IMG/VR virus record: IMGVR_UViG_3300020409_001216 | Coordinates: 1-32,748 of that record | Strand: one strand, 5' to 3' | Source: a virus | Lineage: Duplodnaviria; Caudoviricetes | DNA: 32,748 bases | Shown here: in pieces, positions 19,354-27,563 of the stretch | How positions within the stretch are numbered: the stretch's first letter is position 1 | Layout of the letters: the number at the start of each line of letters is the position of its first letter | Position numbers and translations under genes: made by a program | The notes under the pieces: generated by a model | Told to the model about the DNA's origin: nothing | What the model saw: the letters and a program-made list of their open reading frames with translations, nothing else | Database searches by the model: none

Positions 19354-19945
19354 TATATTGCAAGACAGTAAATGGAAGTCTATATTTTTGGATAAGATAA
19401 AAGAAATCCAACATGATAGTCACCATAATAAACACAATTATACAGATTTAGAACAGCGTTTAGATCAATATGATTGCTTCAATATAGTAGTAGATAATGG
19501 CGTCTTAAACGCATTTTCCGGTCTCTACAGCGGTGGAATATATCCTCCGGGTACAGTTAGAGCCCTGGATAGAACATACTATTTTAACTGGAAAAATGTT
19601 AGAAGTGACATATATCCAGAAAGGCAATATGCAACATTATACATGTGGCCTTATCAAGTAGCTAGAGCCAAAGAGCTTGGATATAAAGCTGTTTTCTTTA
19701 GTATCCAAAATCCAAAAAAACGCAGAATATTTACAAGACAAGCAGGAAGAATGAATCCTAGTCCTACCGTACTTCCTACGTTACATAACACCTGTAGGCT
19801 CGTAAACGGACAGGTTAATAAGGAACCTTTGTGTTGGCAGAACGTTGCAGTATATAAGATTGATAAAAGTTTTGATTTTACTTTGCCTGCGATGGCAATA
19901 GAAGATTATAAAGAAAAATACAAAGATATTAAAACAATTCGTTAA
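19337..19945 (+). CDS. Hypothetical protein, GNAT-fold-like
   Basis: AFSGLY...VRALDRTYY and ARAKELGYKAVFFS resemble GNAT motif A/B elements; start placed at TTG 19337, 6 nt after GGAG. Confidence 0.45.
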   Translation: MLEVIDILQDSKWKSIFLDKIKEIQHDSHHNKHNYTDLEQRLDQYDCFNIVVDNGVLNAFSGLYSGGIYPPGTVRALDRTYYFNWKNVRSDIYPERQYATLYMWPYQVARAKELGYKAVFFSIQNPKKRRIFTRQAGRMNPSPTVLPTLHNTCRLVNGQVNKEPLCWQNVAVYKIDKSFDFTLPAMAIEDYKEKYKDIKTIR

Positions 19946-20832
19946 TATCCAAATTCGTTCATTGCTACATGTTCAAAGAAAGGTGCAATTTTAAAATCCT
20001 GAGTTATCCGTCCTCTACGTTTGCTATCAGGATCTGGAATATCACTATCATCAGGACTCCAATTAGTAATCTTAATCCATTGTGTTTTTCTTTTGTTGTT
20101 TTCATCTAGCGGAAATAACACATTGTATTTTTCTTTATATCCTTCAACGTTATTCCATGATCTAATATAATCCTCTGACTTACCAGTAATCTTTGCAAAC
20201 TTTGTTATAAGTTGATCCCAGGTATGATTCTGTTCTTTTTCTAATGTATATCTTCCAAGTTGTCCTACATTTCTAAAACGCAACACACCAGGATGATTTT
20301 TAAGATCTTCTTTAAAAATTTTTAAAAGTCTTTCAGGCACATGATCGTTTACGCCCTTTTGTAATATACAGTTTACATTTATAAAAAAATTGAATTTAGC
20401 AAGATTATGTAATGCCTTAATTTTTCTTTCTGCACAACGTAGTTCGTCCATTATTTCATAAACGTCATCATCATCTGCTCCATTTAGGCTTATGGTTAAG
20501 CTACGAAGCCCTGCGTCCCATAAAGACTTTGTATAGTTCAAGTTGCCTAATTTCAAACCATTAGTGCATAAAGTAGGTCTGTGTCCAAGCTGTCTTACTT
20601 TACTGATTACTTCTGGTAAGTCTTTACGCATTGTAGCTTCGCCTCCCATAAGTCTTATATCAGTTCTTTTAGGTAATCTGCTCACCACATCATAAAATTT
20701 GTCTATATCCATATCAGGTATGTCTCTGTTAGGAATATAACAATTTGCACATTCCATATTGCATTTATGTGTTATATCTGCAACAACAGATCCAAACGTA
20801 CTCTTCTCTGGTTCTACTTCATAATAGTTCAT
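19942..20832 (-). CDS. Radical SAM protein (MoaA/NifB/PqqE-superfamily core, no auxiliary cluster domain)
   Basis: CNMECANC; MGGEA; CTNG; SLTISLNG; no C-terminal Cys cluster. Confidence 0.9.
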   Translation of the reverse strand: MNYYEVEPEKSTFGSVVADITHKCNMECANCYIPNRDIPDMDIDKFYDVVSRLPKRTDIRLMGGEATMRKDLPEVISKVRQLGHRPTLCTNGLKLGNLNYTKSLWDAGLRSLTISLNGADDDDVYEIMDELRCAERKIKALHNLAKFNFFINVNCILQKGVNDHVPERLLKIFKEDLKNHPGVLRFRNVGQLGRYTLEKEQNHTWDQLITKFAKITGKSEDYIRSWNNVEGYKEKYNVLFPLDENNKRKTQWIKITNWSPDDSDIPDPDSKRRGRITQDFKIAPFFEHVAMNEFGY

Positions 20833-21584
20833 GTTGACTCTCTAAAAAAAGGTAAAAATAATTTTGCTGGATCATATTTTCCAAACACGTCACTCTTTGC
20901 ATTTCTATGATGATTAGCATGATAGCTTTCGCCTCCTGTCAAAAAAGAAGCTATAGGAACATTGGTTGCACTAGAAGAACTACCTTCTAATTTTTTTCCA
21001 AAGGTATGTGTAAATGCATTTATAAATCCAGTAACATGAAACATCATTACCATTGGCATAGAAATAATATAAAAAGCCCAATGTCCTAACAAAGTATATC
21101 CTAACACTATGTACAAAGTTAACAGTTCAAAATACCATCTGTGTTGAAATTTTACAATAGGATTATTTAATAAATCTTTTATAAATCTTTGTTCAACAAT
21201 TTTAGGATTAAAAAAATGAAACCAACTTCTAAAGAATCCTTTCTTTGGACTATGAGGATCTCCATCTTTATCACCAAATGCATGATGTTTTCTGTGAATC
21301 CCTGCCCACCCAAGTATAGGTCCTAGTCCAGCTATGCTACCTATAAAAAGTAAAATATTTTCTTTTGCTTTACTTGTATTGAAAGATTTATGTGTAAAAT
21401 ACCTATGGTACCCTATACTTGTGCCTACTGTAACAATAAAAAGATATAGCACAAAGCCCGTTAGTAAACCAATAGGTTCAAAGAATAACAAACACCCAAA
21501 CAATAAAAGAGCATGATTCATTAGGGCAAATATCTTTGTCCATGCATCATAAGAATATTTGTTAAAAGGGCTAAATGGTTTCAT
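20829..21584 (-). CDS. Membrane fatty acid desaturase (delta-9/DesC-like)
   Basis: Three His boxes (HRYFTH, HRKHH, HANHH), GDPHSP and transmembrane segments. Start placed at ATG 21584; the ORF track uses GTG 21599. Confidence 0.9.
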   Translation of the reverse strand: MKPFSPFNKYSYDAWTKIFALMNHALLLFGCLLFFEPIGLLTGFVLYLFIVTVGTSIGYHRYFTHKSFNTSKAKENILLFIGSIAGLGPILGWAGIHRKHHAFGDKDGDPHSPKKGFFRSWFHFFNPKIVEQRFIKDLLNNPIVKFQHRWYFELLTLYIVLGYTLLGHWAFYIISMPMVMMFHVTGFINAFTHTFGKKLEGSSSSATNVPIASFLTGGESYHANHHRNAKSDVFGKYDPAKLFLPFFREST

Positions 21585-21588
21585 ACAG

Positions 21589-21595
21589 TATTTAC
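21589..21595 (-). promoter_or_regulatory. Possible late-like promoter GTAAATA, 4 nt before the desaturase ATG
   Basis: TAAATA core built on the upstream stop codon; no SD before ATG 21584. Confidence 0.3.
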
Positions 21596-22302
21596 TCACA
21601 AACTATGACTAAATTATCAAAGTCTGGCCTAGGATATACTTCTTCAACTCTGCTTGGTGGAAAAGGAATCTTTTTGCTTTTATCTATTCTAGGATCATGA
21701 TATGTATGATGTATGTTTGTTTCTTTTCCATAACCTACACCCATTATAAATCTAAACTCCATAGCTCTTTCGTCATCAAAGATATTAAATATCTCTCCAG
21801 CACGTTGTCTATTTTTTACTATGTTTTGACACATACCTGTTTGTATACCTCTGTTTGCTAAAGCTAACATGATGTAAGCACTAAAAATACCTATCTCAAT
21901 GTTTTCTGTTCTTGTCTGATCTCCGTGTGGATCATTAGTTCTTTCTTGTCCTTTACCGTATCCGTCTAACTTGCCTCTATCAGATTCTGTTTCGTATCTA
22001 CGTTCAAGATCACCTACCCATCTGCTGTTAAAGCCTAGCAACCAAGGAGATAAAACCTGTGGATTGCCGTGGTCTTCTTCAATAGACATGTGGGCGTTTC
22101 GTTGACATATTGTCATTATTTCTTTTCTAATTTCTAGATTGTCGTTTCTTAGTAATCTAACTTGGTATGGAAATTGTAAATTTTTACTTGGAATATGAAG
22201 ATATACTTCTTTAAGTGCATCTACAATTATTTCCTTGTCCGGCACACGGTCTTGCCAGGCAAAGGTTGTATGTCTAGATTGTATTAGATCGAGCCAGTCC
22301 AT
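21592..22302 (-). CDS. Nitroreductase-fold protein
   Basis: N-terminal SRHTTFAW, PSKNLQFPY, LALANRGIQTGMC, C-terminal MGVGY. Confidence 0.7.
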   Translation of the reverse strand: MDWLDLIQSRHTTFAWQDRVPDKEIIVDALKEVYLHIPSKNLQFPYQVRLLRNDNLEIRKEIMTICQRNAHMSIEEDHGNPQVLSPWLLGFNSRWVGDLERRYETESDRGKLDGYGKGQERTNDPHGDQTRTENIEIGIFSAYIMLALANRGIQTGMCQNIVKNRQRAGEIFNIFDDERAMEFRFIMGVGYGKETNIHHTYHDPRIDKSKKIPFPPSRVEEVYPRPDFDNLVIVCE

Positions 22303-22312
22303 TACTTAATCC

Positions 22313-23395
22313 TTAGATTAAGTTAGCCCATGCACCGTTTTCGTAACCTTGGAACTTGTTAAGTGTAGTATTGTAAATGATCATTCCATTAGCGGCTGTA
22401 AGTGCATCTCTTTCAGTAGTTGTTAAGTTACCCATTAACATTGATCCAGTAACTTTTGCATCACCTGAAACATGCAAAGTTGCATCTGGTTCAGCGGCGA
22501 TGTTACCACCAATACCAACTTTACCATTTTTGTATATTCTTACATGCTGAGTATTAGTTGTTACTCCACCTGGTTGAGGAATGAATACGATTTGATTTTC
22601 TGTAACACTTATTGTTGATATTGTTGTTTTGGTTCCGTTATCATTTTTTACGAAAACCAATCTACCAACAGCATCTGTCAATCCAACTGTTCCTGTAGTG
22701 AATCTTTCATATACAACTCTTGATGCATCATCTGTTTTCTGCACATCTACTTGATCTTGAATCTTCATAGGTTTTGTTGTGCTGATCAAAGTACCACCAG
22801 CTTGTCTAGGTGAAATAGTGTTAGTTAAAACAGTATCTGCTTTTGCATTAGTAACAGTTACATCAGTTCCATTTAATGATCCGTCAATAGCATCTACCAG
22901 TACAGTTGAGTTATCTGAAAACACTGAACCTGTCAATCCACCTACAACATATCCTGTTACATTACCTACGACATCACCAACTACAGCACCAGTGTGCGAA
23001 CCTGCTGTATCACCTGTAAGGTTACCTACAATACCACTGGAAGCAACTACAGTAGTTGTATTAACTGGACCTACTATTTGTCCATTGATTGCATCAACTA
23101 AAAGTGTTGAATCATCACCATAAATGTTACCTCTAATATCCAAAGCTGGATTATTTGAAGCCGCCCATTGCGAACCATTATATACTAATATTTGATCTTT
23201 TTGTGCTGATAAAGCCTGGACGTTACCCAAGTCTTCTAAATTCTGTGTGGAAACGGAAACAGCAATACCACCCTGTGTAGCACCGTCGCCTACGAATACT
23301 TCCTTGCTACCTGTATCATAAACAAGTTCTCCTTCAGCAGGGGTGAAAGCGGCTCTGTCTACACTATTGCCACGTTTTATTTTTAGAGTTCCCAT
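22313..23395 (-). CDS. Tail fibre / virion fibre-like protein
   Basis: N-terminal LKIKRG...PAEGELVYDT (Mtd-N/hyaluronidase-like fibre anchor), Gxxx repeats, GKVGIG...ATLHVSG, C-terminal TTERDAL...GMIIYNTT...FQGY; AGGAG RBS. Confidence 0.75.
   Translation of the reverse strand: MGTLKIKRGNSVDRAAFTPAEGELVYDTGSKEVFVGDGATQGGIAVSVSTQNLEDLGNVQALSAQKDQILVYNGSQWAASNNPALDIRGNIYGDDSTLLVDAINGQIVGPVNTTTVVASSGIVGNLTGDTAGSHTGAVVGDVVGNVTGYVVGGLTGSVFSDNSTVLVDAIDGSLNGTDVTVTNAKADTVLTNTISPRQAGGTLISTTKPMKIQDQVDVQKTDDASRVVYERFTTGTVGLTDAVGRLVFVKNDNGTKTTISTISVTENQIVFIPQPGGVTTNTQHVRIYKNGKVGIGGNIAAEPDATLHVSGDAKVTGSMLMGNLTTTERDALTAANGMIIYNTTLNKFQGYENGAWANLI
22880..23131 (-). repeat. Internal protein repeats in the fibre gene
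   Basis: GNIYGDDSTLLVDAING and GSVFSDNSTVLVDAIDG flank a run of 4-residue G-x-x-x repeats (GNLTGDTAGSHTGAVVGDVVGNVTGYVVGGLTG). Confidence 0.75.
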
Positions 23396-23422
23396 TTATT
23401 GCTCCTAATTCATTGTTATTTG

Positions 23423-23430
23423 TATTTATG
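23423..23430 (-). promoter_or_regulatory. Putative T4-late-like promoter (CATAAATA)
   Basis: Intergenic, upstream of the AGGAG RBS of the fibre gene. Confidence 0.6.
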
Positions 23431-23446
23431 CCAAAAGCATCATTCT

Positions 23447-23761
23447 CTACTTCTTCTTTTTAGATGGGTTTTTCATAAATGCACGGGTGCGTTTTTCTAT
23501 ATCCCGCTTTAGTCTTGCAGTATTCAGCCTAAAATCCACATGCAAAATATCGTCGCCGTATTCTCCGAATAGGTCAGCGATAGTTTTGTCAAGATTTTCA
23601 CCAGTGGTTCTCTTAGCATTGCAGTCTATTTCCCAAACTCTACCCTTCTTGAACTCTATTCTAATAAAACTCAAATAATCTATGGGTAGAGTATGTATGT
23701 CAATGTCTTTGAAAACTTCCGGCCAGTGTCTTATAATATCATCAGGAAGCCGCTTCGGCAC
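23447..23761 (-). CDS. Hypothetical protein
   Basis: Open frame; start likely GTG 23761 (track gives TTG 23791), overlapping the upstream gene end. Confidence 0.7.
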   Translation of the reverse strand: MPKRLPDDIIRHWPEVFKDIDIHTLPIDYLSFIRIEFKKGRVWEIDCNAKRTTGENLDKTIADLFGEYGDDILHVDFRLNTARLKRDIEKRTRAFMKNPSKKKK

Positions 23762-24398
23762 TGGCTTTGCTTTTCTTTTTGGTAGGAACAAGTTCTTCCG
23801 CTTGTTCTCTAAGACTTTTTGCTTCTTTAAAAAGTCTATCTGCCTGTGATCTATAGCTTGCCGCTAAATCCTCATCTGACAGTACACCGTTGTCTGGTGC
23901 TTGTACTCTTGCCGCCTGTGCTTCTGCTTGAACGTTAGTTGTTTTAGGCATTTCGCTTACTGATCCTGCTTCTTGTACAGTTGTACCTTCGGGCATTTCG
24001 TTAGGATCCTTAAGGGCCAATCCAGCTATAGTTGTGCCTCTTTGTTCTGCAATAACTTTATTGAGTTCATCTAAACCAATTGTATAATTTGGTGTAGGCA
24101 TCATTTCAATGTCTGTCATTGCAATTTTTTGTAATTTTCCTGTTGCATGAAAATTAGCTAACATGTTTGCTCCATCTGATAATGGAGTTCTTGCCATTAC
24201 TTCAGCAAACTCAAATGCTTCTTGACCTGCTGGACTTTCAACAGTTTTTATAAGTGTTTCATGGTCCGCATCACTTAATGAAGCAGTATCAATTACGAGA
24301 GAGTTTGTTGGAGTTTCTTCGCCTGGAATAACTCTATAAGCGACAACAACTTTACGTTGGTTGCTTTTGAGTCTTCCTACGTGTTTAATTTCCGACAT
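23742..24398 (-). CDS. Hypothetical phage protein (C-terminal coiled coil)
   Basis: 218-aa ORF with AAGGAG RBS and TAATG coupling. Confidence 0.8.
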   Translation of the reverse strand: MSEIKHVGRLKSNQRKVVVAYRVIPGEETPTNSLVIDTASLSDADHETLIKTVESPAGQEAFEFAEVMARTPLSDGANMLANFHATGKLQKIAMTDIEMMPTPNYTIGLDELNKVIAEQRGTTIAGLALKDPNEMPEGTTVQEAGSVSEMPKTTNVQAEAQAARVQAPDNGVLSDEDLAASYRSQADRLFKEAKSLREQAEELVPTKKKSKASAEAAS

Positions 24399-24673
24399 TA
24401 CTTGTCTCCTTTAGACTCTTCCTTATTAGCATCATTGGCCTTCTTAGCTTCTTCTTCAGCTTTTTGAACCTGCTGTAGGAATGTGTCTAGCTTGTTATAT
24501 GTTTTACCAACGGCTTCCATTTCGTTGGCTTTAAATGCTCCTCTTTGAGAAGCTACATCGATAATTGATCTAAGAACTCCTAGATCTTGAACAGTCAGTT
24601 CAACTGGCTTAACTTCACCCGATGCAGGTGCAGTAGCTTGTGGTTGAGCTGGTGCTTTATTTTCTTCAGACAT
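24398..24673 (-). CDS. Hypothetical phage protein
   Basis: 91 aa, AAGGAG RBS; GTAAATA upstream at 24709-24715. Confidence 0.8.
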   Translation of the reverse strand: MSEENKAPAQPQATAPASGEVKPVELTVQDLGVLRSIIDVASQRGAFKANEMEAVGKTYNKLDTFLQQVQKAEEEAKKANDANKEESKGDK

Positions 24674-24711
24674 ATTTCATACTCCTTGTACATTATATAT
24701 GTATATTATAT

Positions 24712-24996
24712 TTACTTGTATTTTAAAAGTGGACACGCCAAAACGAAATAAGAAAGCTCTTTTGGATCTTCAAATCCGACTCTTAATACACTTTCTACTT
24801 TGTTTTCTTTAGTCAAACCCACGGTCTTACCCAAGAAATATCGCTTTTTAAGATTACTTTCTATCCATTTTGACAGAGCTTTTTCCATGTTATATACCTG
24901 TGGAAGGTCAATCACAGAAAGATGTTTGGGTTGAAATTTCAACCTTCTTATATCAAAAAAGTCTTGCGGACTAATTTTAGTCCTTAACATGCTCAT
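24712..24996 (-). CDS. Hypothetical protein
   Basis: 94-aa ORF tightly packed, GGAGG upstream. Confidence 0.75.
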   Translation of the reverse strand: MSMLRTKISPQDFFDIRRLKFQPKHLSVIDLPQVYNMEKALSKWIESNLKKRYFLGKTVGLTKENKVESVLRVGFEDPKELSYFVLACPLLKYK

Positions 24997-24999
24997 ATA

Positions 25000-26259
25000 C
25001 TACGCCGCCTCCTCGTAATGGGCAGTTACACCAAAAGGTGCTTGTAATGTTTTATCTCTGTTTCCGTGTATAACAAATACTGTTTCACAGTAATCTTCAT
25101 CTCCCCAGCTCTCCCAAGGATAACCATCTGTAAACATGATAAACTTTTTAGGCTGAATATCATGCTCTTTCATGTAAGCCCAATTGGCCATAAAGTCTGT
25201 GCCACCACCGCCCATTGGTTTGTAATTACTGATATCTTCACCGTCTACAGATGTAAAGTCTTGTTCGTTGTACACCTTTGTATCGAAACACCAGATCTTT
25301 AAGTTGTATTCTTTGAATTCATCCATAATACCTTTAACTTCTGATAGGAATATTTTTGCTTGGTCATCACCAATAGAACCACTCATATCAATACCAATTG
25401 CCGCATCAATCTGTTGATCAAAGTTCATGCCTGGCAAAACAACGCCAGTATGCCAACCTTTCCTACTTGGTCTACTAAAAGTATAATCGTTTTTAATTGT
25501 AGCTTGAATCTGTTGTCTAAGAATGTCTCTCCAGTTCATTTTTGGCTCTGTAAGTTGTTTGATCATTCTTTCGATCTCGCCAGGAACATTACCAGCACCG
25601 GCGGCCTGTGCCGCTGACATCATATTTTCTTTTATTTCATCTCTAATTTTTTTCAGTTGTTCTTTTGTGTAAGTAGGCCTATTTCCTTTACCTTTGCCTT
25701 TTTTCTTATTACCTTTCTGCGGTTTCTCCCAATCAACATGTTCATCTAGAAGTTGACCAAGTTTTTCTAATTCTTCTTGATCATATTTTTTATGTATAGC
25801 ATCATACACTTCTTCTGATGACCAGCCTTCATATTTCCAATCCTGGAAAATTGGAATCATCTTTACAGGATCGCCTATTTTATCTCTTACTAACGTATTG
25901 TTTACAATATAATCACATGCAATATTATATATTTGCGGATCTCTATCTTCACGCCTTATAATATGGTCAAATACACAATGAAGTATTTCATGTGCAATAA
26001 CAAATTCTATTTCTTTGTTTGTAAGTGCATTAAAAAATTGTGTATTATAATATAAGTTTCTGCCATCAGTTGCGGCAGTAGGACACCAATCATCGCAATG
26101 TTGTACCTTCATTCTGGTAGCCATATTGCCAAAAAACGGATGTCTTAGTAGTAAACCTACTCTAGCAACAATAATTCGATCAGTTACATCAGCTCTCATT
26201 TTAAAGAGCTCTTCGTCTGTTAGTTCTTTAGGTTCAAAACCTTTAGTATCGATTGTCAT
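25000..26259 (-). CDS. Metallopeptidase (HExxH) plus VWA-like domain protein (DUF2201-like)
   Basis: TAATDG, AHEILH zinc motif, NIACDYIVN; C-terminal MIDAS DMSGS...GGGGTDF...FTDG; adjacent to a MoxR ATPase. Confidence 0.88.
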   Translation of the reverse strand: MTIDTKGFEPKELTDEELFKMRADVTDRIIVARVGLLLRHPFFGNMATRMKVQHCDDWCPTAATDGRNLYYNTQFFNALTNKEIEFVIAHEILHCVFDHIIRREDRDPQIYNIACDYIVNNTLVRDKIGDPVKMIPIFQDWKYEGWSSEEVYDAIHKKYDQEELEKLGQLLDEHVDWEKPQKGNKKKGKGKGNRPTYTKEQLKKIRDEIKENMMSAAQAAGAGNVPGEIERMIKQLTEPKMNWRDILRQQIQATIKNDYTFSRPSRKGWHTGVVLPGMNFDQQIDAAIGIDMSGSIGDDQAKIFLSEVKGIMDEFKEYNLKIWCFDTKVYNEQDFTSVDGEDISNYKPMGGGGTDFMANWAYMKEHDIQPKKFIMFTDGYPWESWGDEDYCETVFVIHGNRDKTLQAPFGVTAHYEEAA

Positions 26260-26294
26260 AGTTGCCTCCTAGTTCAGTGCCTTATTATGTTTAT

Positions 26295-26323
26295 ATAATA
26301 CTATATTTAACATCATTTGTCAA
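26295..26323 (-). promoter_or_regulatory. Sigma70-type (early) promoter of the VWA-peptidase gene
   Basis: TTGACA (26323-26318), 17-nt spacer, TATTAT (26300-26295); AGGAGG RBS downstream. Confidence 0.8.
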
Positions 26324-26326
26324 GTG

Positions 26327-26358
26327 AAAAAGGACAGTTTTGATAAAGAAGACTGTCC
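26327..26358 (-). terminator. Rho-independent terminator after the MoxR gene
   Basis: GGACAGT...ACTGTCC stem followed by TTTTT on the minus strand. Confidence 0.7.
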
Positions 26359-26372
26359 AAACTCCTTGTGCC

Positions 26373-27464
26373 TTAGGCACTCTGTGCGGCTGTAATATAC
26401 TTACCGAAGCGATTATGGAACTCATCAAAACACTCGACCTCATCTGGGTCAATTGGAAGTGAGTACTGAGTGAGGGCTAACTTGATACCCATAACAACCA
26501 ATTCTGTGTCGAAGTTGTCCATAGCAAATTGTAAGAAGTTGTTTACCATAGTATCGAACTTCTTATTACCTTTGTCACATGCTTCTTTCAGTTCATAGCA
26601 TAGCGAGACCGTTAAGGAATACATGGCACTGATTTCTTTGGTCTCAATTTCCTTCACCTTACCATTTAAAATGTCTACTGGATCAGGAAGTTTTGAAGCA
26701 ACCTTACGATGCGCCATGAACTTTACGGCAAGTCCTTCGCCGACTGCACCACTTACCAAGTCGGTAGTGGTATTCTCGTCATCATCGTCTTCGAGTAATT
26801 CGGAAACGAATGACCAAGAACGAGGTGTTGCAAAAGATCTACTTGGACTTTTAGGATCAAAGTCATACAAGTCTTTCTTTGCAAATGTCAAATAACCTAC
26901 AACATCTTCGTGGATGTCATTTGTTACTGCCCACTGAAACCAATCATCAAAATTAACTGATAGTTCCAAGTGTACAAATCTGTTTGCCAACGGAGCAGGC
27001 ATTCTATAAGTAACACCTTTGTCAGCTTCTCTGTTACCTGCGGCAACAATCACAACGTTTTCTGGCAAATGATATGTGCCTACACGTCTATTAAGAATAA
27101 GTTGATATGCCGCGGCCTGCACTGCCGGAGGAGCAGAATTCATTTCGTCCATAAACAGGATAATTGTATCGTACTTTTTAGCAGTTGCGGCATCGGGCAA
27201 TTCTGCCGGAGGTGCCCATACCATTGTATTTTGATTGCTATCAAAGTATGGAATACCTTTTATGTCTGTAGGTTCCCAAAGAGATAGTCTAATATCTATT
27301 ACTAGTGATTTTTTGTATTCAGAACCAATCTGATGAACAATCTCAGACTTACCAATGCCTGGAGGTCCCCATATAAAAATCGGTCTTTTCTTCTTAAATG
27401 CCCTACGAATGCTACTTTTAGCTTGATTCGGGCTTACAGTTCTTAGTGCTATATTATCTGCCAT
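26373..27464 (-). CDS. MoxR-family AAA+ ATPase
   Basis: Walker A GPPGIGKS, Walker B LFMDEMN, AAGN sensor 1, PLANRF arginine finger, TPRSW sensor 2. Confidence 0.92.
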   Translation of the reverse strand: MADNIALRTVSPNQAKSSIRRAFKKKRPIFIWGPPGIGKSEIVHQIGSEYKKSLVIDIRLSLWEPTDIKGIPYFDSNQNTMVWAPPAELPDAATAKKYDTIILFMDEMNSAPPAVQAAAYQLILNRRVGTYHLPENVVIVAAGNREADKGVTYRMPAPLANRFVHLELSVNFDDWFQWAVTNDIHEDVVGYLTFAKKDLYDFDPKSPSRSFATPRSWSFVSELLEDDDDENTTTDLVSGAVGEGLAVKFMAHRKVASKLPDPVDILNGKVKEIETKEISAMYSLTVSLCYELKEACDKGNKKFDTMVNNFLQFAMDNFDTELVVMGIKLALTQYSLPIDPDEVECFDEFHNRFGKYITAAQSA

Positions 27465-27513
27465 GTGTTGTACTCCTTCTAGTTGTCAGTGCCTAATTTC
27501 TAACTATGTATAC

Positions 27514-27541
27514 AGTATAGCACCTCTAGGATAAAAGTCAA
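27514..27541 (-). promoter_or_regulatory. Sigma70-type (early) promoter of the MoxR gene
   Basis: TTGACT, 16-nt spacer, extended -10 TGcTATACT; AAGGAG RBS downstream. Confidence 0.75.
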
Positions 27542-27563
27542 CCTCTTTTTTACCAAAATATAA

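Noticed and set aside
19942-20832. Calling this gene moaA
   Set aside because: It lacks the C-terminal Cx2Cx13C cluster motif and terminal GG of MoaA, and no moaC is present.
2-20832. Classical RiPP (ranthipeptide/sactipeptide/PQQ/mycofactocin) cluster
   Set aside because: No PqqD/RRE domain, leader peptidase, transporter or repetitive Cys-rich precursor is visible in the window, though one could lie upstream.
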